Shown piece by piece: positions 10,295-18,892 of a DNA stretch of 49,929 nt. The position numbers were made by a program, and so were the translations under genes. Position 1 is the stretch's first letter, and each line of letters starts with the position of its first letter. Origin of the DNA: Clostridia bacterium (lineage in GTDB: Bacteria > Bacillota > Clostridia > Oscillospirales > Acutalibacteraceae); the NCBI GenBank assembly GCA_017381515.1, contig JAFOCB010000057.1, positions 1 through 49,929 on the forward strand. Direction: 5' to 3'. The notes beneath the pieces were generated by a model, which saw only the letters and a program-made list of their open reading frames with translations, had not been told where the DNA came from and did no database searches.

Positions 10295-11168
10295 ATATTT
10301 CAAAGTCGGGGATAAAGCTTTCCTTTGCCGTTTCGCCCTCCTGGATAAAGGCGTTTTTCACCTCAATGCTCACGGCAAAATCTACAACCTCGTTGTATTC
10401 CTCCTCGCTCAAAGTCCGCGTCAACTCGTCAAAGGGTAGGTCGGGTGACGGCGTAAACTGATTCATAATGCTCAAATAAATACTGTCGCCATAGGTGTCG
10501 TGTAAATACCTGATAATCTCCTTTGAATCGTCGGTGTGACCGGGAAGCACAAGGTGACGCACAATCACACCGCTTTTTATCATTCCGTCGGCGTCAAAGC
10601 GCGGCTTTCCCGCCAACTCAAACATTTTCTTTATCGCCGCTTTTGCTACCTCGGGATAGTCCTTTGCTGACGAAAATTTCTGTGCAAGGTTATCATCCAT
10701 ATACTTAAAATCGGGTAGAAAAACCCGCACCCTTCCGTCGAGCATTTCCAGTGCGTCACAAAGGTCGTATCCGCTCGAATTATATACAACGGGAATTTGC
10801 AACTTTGCCAAATCGAGCGCCTCACTAATTTGGCTCACGTAGTGGCTCGGCGTAACGAGATTTATGTTATGTACTCCACTTTTCTGCAACTGAATGAAGG
10901 TTTCAGCAAGCTCATTCACAGAAACCGCCTTTCCGACAGCAAAACGGCTTATTTTACGATTTTGACAGTAAACGCAACCGAGATTGCATCCCGAAAAAAA
11001 GACGGTTCCAGAGCCGTTTTTGCCCGAAATACAGGGCTCCTCCCAGTAATGCGGAGCCGCCCGAGAAATATATATTTTATCGTCGGTTTTGCATACACCG
11101 AAGTAGCCGCTTGTGCGGTCTGCACCGCATTTTCGCGGACACATTTTGCAATTTGCCATATCGAACAT
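10293..11168 (-). CDS. Radical SAM protein, PflX-like (homolog of pyruvate formate-lyase activases)
   Basis: An N-terminal CKMCPRKCGADR...GVC cluster, plus the CxxxCxxC-type motif GCNLGCVYCQN. Confidence 0.75.
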   Translation of the reverse strand: MFDMANCKMCPRKCGADRTSGYFGVCKTDDKIYISRAAPHYWEEPCISGKNGSGTVFFSGCNLGCVYCQNRKISRFAVGKAVSVNELAETFIQLQKSGVHNINLVTPSHYVSQISEALDLAKLQIPVVYNSSGYDLCDALEMLDGRVRVFLPDFKYMDDNLAQKFSSAKDYPEVAKAAIKKMFELAGKPRFDADGMIKSGVIVRHLVLPGHTDDSKEIIRYLHDTYGDSIYLSIMNQFTPSPDLPFDELTRTLSEEEYNEVVDFAVSIEVKNAFIQEGETAKESFIPDFEI

Positions 11169-11220
11169 AAAATCACCTTTTAATCAGTATATCATTTTTA
11201 CCGCGATAATTCAACGCACT

Positions 11221-11271
11221 AAAAAAACGATGCCTACGGGTTAATATTTACCCAAAGGACATCGTTTTTTT
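11221..11271 (-). terminator. Terminator after the ABC transporter gene
   Basis: A long hairpin, AACGATGCC...GGACATCGTT, is flanked by an A7 run and a T7 run. Confidence 0.7.
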
Positions 11272-11281
11272 ACTAATTATT

Positions 11282-14224
11282 TTATTCGGTGCGGAGTGCT
11301 TCTACGGGGTCCTTTTTAGCGGCGACTCCCGACGGAATCAGTCCTGCGATAAAGGTGAGCAGCATGCTTATCAGCACCAGTATAATTCCGCCGACAAAGG
11401 GTAGTGCAGCGGTTAAAATTTTGATACCGGTGGCGGCACGAACAATATAGGTTATCGGGATACAAAGCAGTACCGTGCTGACAATTCCGATAACACCTGC
11501 CGTAAATCCGACTATCAGCGTTTCGGCGTTGAATACGCGGGAAATATCCTTTTTCGATGCACCGATTGAGCGGAGGATACCGATTTCCTTTGTTCTTTCG
11601 AGTACCGAAATATAGGTGATAATTCCAATCATAATCGACGAAACAACCAGCGAAATAGCGACAAATGCGATTAGAACGTACGAAATCGCGTTGATAACCG
11701 TCGTTATCGACGACATAATCATCTTCATAATATCGGTGTATTCGATTGCATCATCGTCGTTTGTTTGCTTTTCATTATATTTCGCGATACATTCGGCAAT
11801 TTCGTCCTTGTCACTATACGTGGAAGCAAAAATATTTATCTGCTTGGGATTATCGAGGTCGACGTAACCGAGATTCAAAAGGGCATCGCTATATGTGATA
11901 ATCCGGTTGGTCGGCATATTATTGTCATAGAATTTTACCAATTCTTCTTCGGTAAAGTTACCGAGCGCGTGGGTCAGAAGCTGATTGAGTGCCGAATCGG
12001 TCATTGCTCCGTAGTATGCTTTTTTTTCGGTGGCATACCTCGCCTTAACCTGTTCGCCGATTGCCTCTCTGGCATATTCAGCGAGGGTTTCGTCGTCCAT
12101 TTTTGCGATATATTCGGCGACATCAGCCGAGTTTGCTCCCATCTGCTGTGCATAAGCCGTAGTGAGCATTTGACGCAGATAATCGGCGGTCATATTTGCC
12201 ATCTGGGCGTCAACCTGGGCTGTAACGTAGCTGTCGTCTGGCAAGGACATCATCTCGGTATAAAGGTCGGCTCTCTCACTCGGCGAAAGATTTTCTGCAT
12301 ACGTTTTGAATGCTTCTGCCTTTGAAGCGGCGGCGTTTTTGCCACCGTCCTCAACCTTAAAGGGAAGTCCAGTAACAATGTCAAAGCTTTTGCTTTCCAT
12401 CTGCTTTTTGACGATAGGACTCTTTTCAGCCGTGGTAATCATATAGTCGGTGAGTGAGCGGGTGTAACCGATTGCGCCATCCATCGAGGTAGAAATTGCA
12501 TCCTCGTTCGGTCTGACAATACCCGAAATTTTAATATCAATTCCGTTGTCATAGACGTATTTCATTCCGGCATCACTTTCACGAAGGTCCTTTATGCCGT
12601 CATCGGTTTCTTGATAGCAACTGCTCGGTAAAACCAGCTTAAACGTCTTTGAACAAATTTCCTTGTACGACCATTTTCTTTCGGAGGTGTCGAGCGGCTC
12701 CTTTTTCATGGTCGCCTCCAAAACGGCGGTTAGCTCTTCCGAGGTTTTGAGCCCGAGAGCATATAGACAAAGGTCGCTGATTTCGTTATTTTTGTCAATG
12801 ATGAGAACTACCTCGTTGTATTTCGTAGGCCAATTTCCGTAAATGCAATCATACTGTTTTTTGGTGAGTTGGTTAATTTCGGTGCCGTCCTTATTGGTGA
12901 GGATTTCGGACCAAACGTTCATCTGTTGGAAACTTTGCTGATAGCCGGCCGACATAACGCTGCTTTCTGCCGCATAAATTCCGTTCAGAAGCTCTACAAC
13001 ATCGGATTTGACAATTTTGCCGTTGCTATCCTTTGTATAAATGCTCATATCCACGCCGTAGGAATACTGAACGGCGCTAATGTACTGATTGATTTCGTTA
13101 TTTTCGTTTTCGAGATATTTCTTGAATTTATTGAGATTGTTCTTTTCAACCTCGGCGTTGTTAACTGTGTTAATCAGCTCGTACATAATCGAGTTTGAAT
13201 AAACGGCATCAAGCTCGTGACGTGTTTCTTTATTATTCGAGCCCATCAGTTTGGTAATCAGGTTGGTCATATCGACAGTTTCCGCCTGAATGGTTATCGG
13301 ATAGCTCGAAAGGGTATCCTCCTGCACCCTGTTTATATATGCGTTAACTCCGTTTGAAATCGACATAATCAGCGCAATTCCGATGATACCGATGCTTCCC
13401 GCAAAGGAGGTCATGAAGGTCCTCGCCTTTTTTGTCATCAGGTTATTGAGCGAAAGGGAAAGGGCGGTAATAAACGACATGGAGGTTTTTTCGGTCTTTT
13501 TACGGCTTTTTTTCTTCTTATCGGGGGCATCGAGGATGAATTCCGATTCATAAGGGTTCGAGTCGCTTGTCACTCTGCCGTCAAGCAGACGGACTATTCT
13601 CGTCGAATATTCTTCGGCAATTTCGGGGTTGTGCGTTACCATTATGATAAGCTTATCCTTTGAAATTTCCTTTAAAATCTTCATTATTTGCACCGAGGTT
13701 TCGCTATCGAGCGCACCTGTCGGCTCGTCGGCAAGGAGAATTTCGGGGTCGTTTACGAGGGCACGAGCGATTGCTACGCGCTGCATCTGACCGCCCGACA
13801 TTTGATTTGGCTTTTTATGTAGCTGGTCGGAAAGTCCTACCTTTGCGAGAGCTTCCTCTGCGCGTTTTCTCCTCTCCGCTTTTGATACGCCCGAAAGGGT
13901 AAGCGCAAGCTCAACGTTGCTCAGTACCGTCTGATGCGGAATGAGATTATAGCTCTGGAATACGAAGCCAATCGAATGATTGCGGTACGAGTCCCAGTCC
14001 TTGTCATCAAAGTCTTTTGTTGAGCGATTATTAACCGAAAGGTCACCGCTATCGTATCTGTCGAGACCACCGATTATGTTCAGAAGGGTGGTCTTTCCGC
14101 AACCCGACGGGCCTAAAATCGAGACAAATTCACTCTTTCTAAATTCGATGTTAATATCCTTGAGCGCCTCAACCTTTGCGCTGCCCGAAAGATATGACTT
14201 TACGATGTTAGTAAGTTTAAGCAT
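11282..14224 (-). CDS. Fused ABC transporter: N-terminal MacB/LolD-type ATPase plus C-terminal FtsX-type permease, with a very large extracytoplasmic domain
   Basis: GPSGCGKTT, LSGGQMQRVAIARAL and LLADEPTGALD motifs, and C-terminal FtsX-like TM helices. MLKLTNIVKSY (ATG at 14224) is the preferred start because AAGGAG lies 8 nt upstream. The ORF-track start at 14272 lies inside the promoter region. Confidence 0.85.
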   Translation of the reverse strand: MLKLTNIVKSYLSGSAKVEALKDINIEFRKSEFVSILGPSGCGKTTLLNIIGGLDRYDSGDLSVNNRSTKDFDDKDWDSYRNHSIGFVFQSYNLIPHQTVLSNVELALTLSGVSKAERRKRAEEALAKVGLSDQLHKKPNQMSGGQMQRVAIARALVNDPEILLADEPTGALDSETSVQIMKILKEISKDKLIIMVTHNPEIAEEYSTRIVRLLDGRVTSDSNPYESEFILDAPDKKKKSRKKTEKTSMSFITALSLSLNNLMTKKARTFMTSFAGSIGIIGIALIMSISNGVNAYINRVQEDTLSSYPITIQAETVDMTNLITKLMGSNNKETRHELDAVYSNSIMYELINTVNNAEVEKNNLNKFKKYLENENNEINQYISAVQYSYGVDMSIYTKDSNGKIVKSDVVELLNGIYAAESSVMSAGYQQSFQQMNVWSEILTNKDGTEINQLTKKQYDCIYGNWPTKYNEVVLIIDKNNEISDLCLYALGLKTSEELTAVLEATMKKEPLDTSERKWSYKEICSKTFKLVLPSSCYQETDDGIKDLRESDAGMKYVYDNGIDIKISGIVRPNEDAISTSMDGAIGYTRSLTDYMITTAEKSPIVKKQMESKSFDIVTGLPFKVEDGGKNAAASKAEAFKTYAENLSPSERADLYTEMMSLPDDSYVTAQVDAQMANMTADYLRQMLTTAYAQQMGANSADVAEYIAKMDDETLAEYAREAIGEQVKARYATEKKAYYGAMTDSALNQLLTHALGNFTEEELVKFYDNNMPTNRIITYSDALLNLGYVDLDNPKQINIFASTYSDKDEIAECIAKYNEKQTNDDDAIEYTDIMKMIMSSITTVINAISYVLIAFVAISLVVSSIMIGIITYISVLERTKEIGILRSIGASKKDISRVFNAETLIVGFTAGVIGIVSTVLLCIPITYIVRAATGIKILTAALPFVGGIILVLISMLLTFIAGLIPSGVAAKKDPVEALRTE

Positions 14225-14250
14225 TAGCAAAAAACTCCTTTTTCGCATTT

Positions 14251-14286
14251 TTTGTATATTTATAATATACAAAAGAACTTTGTCAA
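14251..14286 (-). promoter_or_regulatory. Candidate promoter of the ABC transporter, overlapped by a perfect 9-bp inverted repeat
   Basis: On the minus strand, TTGACA (14286-14281), a 16-nt spacer, then TATAAA (14264-14259). The inverted repeat is TTTGTATAT (14251-14259), TTATA, ATATACAAA (14265-14273). Confidence 0.45.
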
Positions 14287-14370
14287 TATCAAGAGAATTA
14301 AATTCCGCTTTACTGATTTTTTACATTTTTTCATTTATTTTGCAATGTTTATTCTAAATGATACTGCTTT

Positions 14371-14457
14371 TCACTTGTGGCTCGACACCATACACACGGC
14401 AAAAGCGCCTATCACCCCGCCCAAAAACATTCCCGAAATCATCCCCAACCAGAACAT
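14371..14457 (-). CDS. Possible 28-aa hydrophobic micro-protein: MFWLGMISGMFLGGVIGAFAVCMVSSHK
   Basis: ATG at 14457 and stop TGA at 14373-14371. A weak AAAGGA sits 9 nt upstream. The peptide is one glycine-zipper-like TM helix. No clear promoter was found. Confidence 0.25.
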   Translation of the reverse strand: MFWLGMISGMFLGGVIGAFAVCMVSSHK

Positions 14458-14524
14458 AAAATCAATCCTTTTATGAAAAATATCTGCCGTCTTATTATGC
14501 CCGAAAAAACAGCGTTTTACCCGT

Positions 14525-14553
14525 GTTGACAAAGGGCAGAGAGTTTGATATTA
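14525..14553 (+). promoter_or_regulatory. Candidate promoter for queH
   Basis: TTGACA (14525-14530), a 17-nt spacer, then TATTAT (14548-14553). Confidence 0.5.
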
Positions 14554-14577
14554 TCATAATTGGTGAGGTGTTTTTTT

Positions 14578-15174
14578 ATGAAAAGGGATTATCAAAAGGA
14601 GCTTGACCTTTTACTGACCAAGCTCGATGAAAAAAGCAAACCGAAATTACTGCTTCATAGCTGTTGCGGACCTTGCAGCAGCTATGTGCTTGAATATTTG
14701 TCAAAGTATTTTGACGTCACGGTTTATTACTTTAACCCGAATATTTTTCCAAAAGAGGAATACGAAAAACGACTAAAAAACCAACTTTACCTTATTGAAA
14801 AAAGCGGCTGGGCGAAATTTTTGCCGAGTGATTATAATTATGACGAGTTTCTTTCTGCGGCAACGGGGCTCGAAGGGGAAAAAGAGGGCGGACTCAGGTG
14901 TACCGAGTGTTTTCGCCTGCGACTAACAAAAACTGCTCAAGCGGCTAAAAACGGCGGTTTTGACTATTTCGCAACCACCCTCAGCGTCAGCCCGCATAAA
15001 AACGCGCAGCTGCTCGGACAGCTTGGCGAAGAAATCGGAGAGCAATACGGAATAAAGCATCTGCCCTCTGATTTTAAAAAGCGCGAGGGATACAAGCGGT
15101 CGATTGAACTGGCACGGCAATTTGACCTCTATCGTCAGGATTATTGCGGTTGCGAATTTTCCATTCGCGAATAA
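14578..15174 (+). CDS. queH: Epoxyqueuosine reductase QueH (DUF208)
   Basis: LLLHSCCGPCSSYVLEYL, YFNPNIFPKEEYEKR and C-terminal YRQDYCGCEFS motifs. GGTGAGGTG RBS before the ATG at 14578. Confidence 0.85.
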   Translation: MKRDYQKELDLLLTKLDEKSKPKLLLHSCCGPCSSYVLEYLSKYFDVTVYYFNPNIFPKEEYEKRLKNQLYLIEKSGWAKFLPSDYNYDEFLSAATGLEGEKEGGLRCTECFRLRLTKTAQAAKNGGFDYFATTLSVSPHKNAQLLGQLGEEIGEQYGIKHLPSDFKKREGYKRSIELARQFDLYRQDYCGCEFSIRE

Positions 15175-15249
15175 TAAAAAAAGTGTATATTGACGGGGAT
15201 TATCGTTAAAAATATTTTATGATAAAAAGGATAGAAAAAAAGGGACAAA

Positions 15250-15660
15250 ATGAAAAAGAGAAAGAATGGCGCTCTCAAAATTCGCCTCAAATACTGGTGG
15301 CGAAAGATTAAACAGTGGACAAAAAAGATAATCAGCTTTTGTCTTAATCCGCGGATGCTGCTTTGCTTTGGCTTGGCTTGGATTATTACAAACGGTTGGT
15401 GTTACGCATTTATGGCTATCGGCGGTTGGCTTAAAATCAATTGGATGCTTGCCGTTGGAACGACTTATGCCGCTTTTTTATGGTTTCCCTTTACCCCCGA
15501 GAAACTGATTACCGTTATTATTTCCCTCTTTTTACTCAAACGATTGTTTCCGAATGACGAAAAAACGCTCAAGGTTCTGCAAAAGGAACTGGACAAGTTA
15601 AAGGCGGCAATCAAGCGAAAGAAAGAACAGAGAAAATTAAAAAAAGAAGAAAAGAAATAA
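15250..15660 (+). CDS. Small membrane protein with a Lys-rich C-terminal tail, function unknown
   Basis: Basic N-terminus, 2-3 Trp-rich TM segments, and a KRKKEQRKLKKEEKK tail. RBS AAGGGA. Confidence 0.6.
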   Translation: MKKRKNGALKIRLKYWWRKIKQWTKKIISFCLNPRMLLCFGLAWIITNGWCYAFMAIGGWLKINWMLAVGTTYAAFLWFPFTPEKLITVIISLFLLKRLFPNDEKTLKVLQKELDKLKAAIKRKKEQRKLKKEEKK

Positions 15661-15700
15661 GCACGAAAAGAGTGAAAATCTCTCATCGTGCTTTTGTTTT
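15660..15700. terminator. Hairpin terminator between convergent genes
   Basis: AGCACGA (15660-15666) pairs with TCGTGCT (15686-15692), followed by TTTTGTTTT. Confidence 0.6.
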
Positions 15701-17279
15701 ATTTTTCTAAATATAGCTCGGCTTCAAGCTGATTTTGAATATCCTCGTGGTATGAAAGCAGGGGAGTAATATCCTTGTTCCCCAGCTGTCGGTTGATATA
15801 ATTCCTTGTTACACGCACAACTGTTTTTGACAAAAGGACAATTCCGACCAAATTCGGAATCATCATCAGTCCGTTGAAGGTGTCGGAAATATCCCACGCG
15901 ATTGACGAGGTCATAACCGCGCCCAAAACGATGGTTGCAACAAACACGATTTTATAAACCACCGTATATTTTGCGCCAAAAAGGTATTCAAAAGCACTTA
16001 CCCCGTAATGCGACCAGCCGATTAGCGTAGTAAAGGCAAAGAGGAGTATCGCCACCGCGACAAAAATACTGCCAAAATCAAAATTGCCAAAGGAAAGTAC
16101 CCGATTAAACGCCGCGGAAACCAGAGTTGAGCCGGTGGCACCTTTTTCGGTAATTGCGCCTATTTCGAGGTCGTAAACACCCGAGGTGAGTATGGTTAGC
16201 GCTGTCATGGTGCATACTACCATCGTGTCGGTAAACACCTGAAAAATGCTCCACATACCTTGCTTAACCGGCTCCCTTACGTTTGCGCTCGAATTGATTA
16301 TGGTTGACGAGCCGAGCCCTGCTTCATTTGAAAAAACACCGCGTTTAAATCCCGCGGTAATAACCCTGCTTATCGTAAAGCCGCAACCACCGCCCAAAAT
16401 CGCATTTGGCTTGAAGGCGGTGACCAAAATGGTAGCAAAAGCATCGGCTATTTTTCCGCAATTTGCGAGAATGACAAATATGCTCCCCGATATAAAGAGA
16501 ATGACCATAATCGGCACGATTTTTTCGGCAAAGGATGCAATTCGCTTTAACCCGCCGAGGATAATCAATCCCGCCGCAAGCATAATGACAAGCCCGATTG
16601 CGAGGGAATAGAGGGTGACTCTTTGACCGCCCGAGGAATAGATAACTCTGCTTGACAGAGCGGGGAAATCAACCGCCTGCTCAATGTTTGCGACGATTTT
16701 GTCAACCTGCCCCATATTGCCTATTCCGAGCGACGCAAATACGCAAAACATAGCGAACAAAGCGGCCAGAATTTCGCCCGATTTTGCGAGTACGGATGAA
16801 AGGAGTTTGCTCCTGTACCCTATGCCTCCCAGCCCGTATTTGAGATAGTACATGGCACCGCCCGACCATTCGCCATCGTTGTTTTTTCGCCTAAAATAAA
16901 TACCGAGTAAATTTTCGGAATAGCCCGTCATCATGCCAAAAAAAGCCGCCACCCACATCCAAAAAACTGCACCGGGACCACCTATTACAATCGCGTCGGC
17001 AACCCCTGCAATATTTCCTACGCCGATTGTCGCCGCAAGTGTGGTGCACAGTGCCTGAAACTGCGAAACCGAGCCACTAGATACCGCGTAGCTTTTTTTA
17101 TTAAAAAGGCCGCCAATCGTTTCTCTGAACCAATGACCAATGTGGGTTAGCTGAAAAAATTTCGTCACCGCGCTCATAAAAATCCCCGTGCCAAGCAGCA
17201 AAAAAATACCGATTTTGAGCCATATAAGGTCGTTTATCGCGCCGTTTATATTTTCGACCGCGGTCATTATTTCGCCCAT
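15699..17279 (-). CDS. Alanine/glycine:cation symporter (AGCS family)
   Basis: A 526-aa polytopic protein. The N-terminus ...INDLIWLKIGIFLLLGTGIFMS and the stretch SQFQALCTTLAATIGVGNIAGVA are typical of AGCS. GGGGTG RBS. Confidence 0.85.
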   Translation of the reverse strand: MGEIMTAVENINGAINDLIWLKIGIFLLLGTGIFMSAVTKFFQLTHIGHWFRETIGGLFNKKSYAVSSGSVSQFQALCTTLAATIGVGNIAGVADAIVIGGPGAVFWMWVAAFFGMMTGYSENLLGIYFRRKNNDGEWSGGAMYYLKYGLGGIGYRSKLLSSVLAKSGEILAALFAMFCVFASLGIGNMGQVDKIVANIEQAVDFPALSSRVIYSSGGQRVTLYSLAIGLVIMLAAGLIILGGLKRIASFAEKIVPIMVILFISGSIFVILANCGKIADAFATILVTAFKPNAILGGGCGFTISRVITAGFKRGVFSNEAGLGSSTIINSSANVREPVKQGMWSIFQVFTDTMVVCTMTALTILTSGVYDLEIGAITEKGATGSTLVSAAFNRVLSFGNFDFGSIFVAVAILLFAFTTLIGWSHYGVSAFEYLFGAKYTVVYKIVFVATIVLGAVMTSSIAWDISDTFNGLMMIPNLVGIVLLSKTVVRVTRNYINRQLGNKDITPLLSYHEDIQNQLEAELYLEK

Positions 17280-17296
17280 TTATAACACCCCGTGAA

Positions 17297-17338
17297 AATA
17301 ATAAAAGGGAATTGGTAAATTTACCGATCCCCTTTTTT
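17297..17338 (-). terminator. Hairpin terminator after the surface-protein gene, only about 20 nt from the symporter start
   Basis: On the minus strand, AAGGGGATCGGTAAATTTACCAATTCCCTT is followed by UUAUUAUUUU. Confidence 0.5.
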
Positions 17339-17379
17339 GCGTTTTTCGCTATTTAATTTTATGAGTGTAATATGCGTTT

Positions 17380-18381
17380 TTATTCGCCTTTTTTGTCCGA
17401 GGCGTTATCTTTTTGGGTGTCCTTTTTATCCTCACCTTTTTTGCCTCTGTTTACGGCTGCAAGCACCGTAATAACAATTACAATAAGTGCTGCCACACCG
17501 ATTATGGTATAGAGGATAAACGGATTTTCTGCGCATTCGTTGGTCGGTTTTTTCGGCAGCTCTGACGCACCACTACCGCCTGAAATGACCTCGCTGGTTT
17601 CTTCGCTTGTCTCCTCGACGGATTCCTCCGATGACGAATCGGTTGACGATGGACTTGAAGAGGTAATGTATGTAGGAGCGTCAGCCGCTCTTGCGTTTGA
17701 GAAACTGTTGAGGGTAAAGGTGTAAAATTGCTTTGTGTTATTATAGTTGCCGGTATGAGTCGAGTTCATAAACACCATTGCGGCAAGGTTTGTAATCTTG
17801 TCGGTTGCGTCGTTTACTATTACCGAAGCACCCATTTTCGCATCCTTGAAGCCGTTTGCGTGAGGGATGGCGAGTTCAAACTGGTATCCGTTTTCGCCCA
17901 AGTCAACTACGGCGCATTGAATTTTATCCTTCATCGCGAGGAAAAATGGCGAGGTGCTGGTTTCTGCAATCGAAACGGTACCGGAATAACGTACAACGCG
18001 GAAAAGACCGGTATATCCGCTACCGACGGCTTGACCTTCCGGGTTGCAGTCGAGGTCGAGCTGAATTTCTACGCTGTCGGTTATCCAGTCGTACGTAGGC
18101 AGAGTAGAAACTCTCGTTTTGTCATCGACGCTACCGAAAATATAAATATATTCATTATCATAAAGAAAATTTATCGAAGCGGTGGTGGTCGATTCTCCGT
18201 TTTGCTTGATAATCTGGTCAACAACTATGTTTCCGGAGGTGCTGAATGCCTCGTCCATATAGCCGTTAACGTGAATGATTGACTTATCTATTGTGTTAGT
18301 TTTTTGGTCGGCGTAAACGGCGGGTGATGCTGAAATTATGAGTACAATTGCCGCCACAGCGCAAATGATTTTCTTTAACAT
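17380..18381 (-). CDS. Secreted, C-terminally membrane-anchored protein. Possibly a CBM9/DOMON-like sugar-binding fold.
   Basis: Signal peptide MLKKIICAVAAIVLIISASPAVYA, a DSVEIQLDLD motif, a Ser/Glu-rich stalk, a TM helix and a basic tail. Confidence 0.5.
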   Translation of the reverse strand: MLKKIICAVAAIVLIISASPAVYADQKTNTIDKSIIHVNGYMDEAFSTSGNIVVDQIIKQNGESTTTASINFLYDNEYIYIFGSVDDKTRVSTLPTYDWITDSVEIQLDLDCNPEGQAVGSGYTGLFRVVRYSGTVSIAETSTSPFFLAMKDKIQCAVVDLGENGYQFELAIPHANGFKDAKMGASVIVNDATDKITNLAAMVFMNSTHTGNYNNTKQFYTFTLNSFSNARAADAPTYITSSSPSSTDSSSEESVEETSEETSEVISGGSGASELPKKPTNECAENPFILYTIIGVAALIVIVITVLAAVNRGKKGEDKKDTQKDNASDKKGE

Positions 18382-18411
18382 TTTTTATTATTCCTCCGGG
18401 AATTGCTTATT

Positions 18412-18867
18412 TTATTTCTTTCTCAATTTCTTAAAAAACTCGCTTAAAAGTGAGCCACATTCTTCTTCCATAAATCCGCCTGATAAAATTGGCTTGTGAT
18501 TATACGGCAGGTCAAACAGATTGATTAGCGAGCCGCATGACCCCGCCTTTTTATCATACGCGCCAAAAACGACACGTTCAATTCTTGAGTTGATTATAGC
18601 ACCCGTACACATCGGGCAGGGCTCGAGTGTGACGTATATCGTACAGCCGATGAGCCGCCATCCGCCAAGCGTTTTACATGCGTCGTTTATTGCCTCGATT
18701 TCGGCGTGACCGAGCGCGTTTTTATCCTTTTCGCGTCGGTTTCGTCCGCGTCCAACGATTTCTCCGTCACGCACGATTACCGCGCCAATCGGGGCTTCGT
18801 CATCATCTGCCGCTTCTTTTGCTAGGAGAATCGCCTCCCGCATAAATTTTTCGTCAATCGTGTTCAT
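18412..18867 (-). CDS. tadA: tRNA adenosine(34) deaminase TadA
   Basis: HAEIEAI and PCPMCTGAI zinc motifs. MNTIDEKF (ATG at 18867) is the preferred start, with AAGGAAGG upstream. Confidence 0.9.
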   Translation of the reverse strand: MNTIDEKFMREAILLAKEAADDDEAPIGAVIVRDGEIVGRGRNRREKDKNALGHAEIEAINDACKTLGGWRLIGCTIYVTLEPCPMCTGAIINSRIERVVFGAYDKKAGSCGSLINLFDLPYNHKPILSGGFMEEECGSLLSEFFKKLRKK

Positions 18868-18892
18868 TGAACCTTCCTTTATCAGCAATAAA

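Noticed and set aside
14225-14272. The ORF-track N-terminal extension (MYIINIQKMRKRSFLL) of the ABC transporter.
   Set aside because: It lies within the predicted promoter and inverted-repeat region and lacks an SD. The internal ATG at 14224 has AAGGAG 8 nt upstream and gives the canonical MLKLTNIVKSY ABC N-terminus.
14252-14476. 74-aa plus-strand ORF in the queH/ABC divergent region.
   Set aside because: It starts inside the ABC promoter palindrome, has no SD and has an AT-rich skewed composition. It is antisense to the more plausible 28-codon hydrophobic ORF.
17280-17379. Whether the hairpin just upstream of the alanine/glycine symporter is a glycine or other riboswitch expression platform.
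   Set aside because: The whole spacer is about 100 nt, and a simple terminator of the upstream gene accounts for most of it. There is no room for an aptamer and no conserved glycine-riboswitch core was seen. How the symporter is transcribed (read-through versus a weak promoter overlapping the hairpin) remains open.
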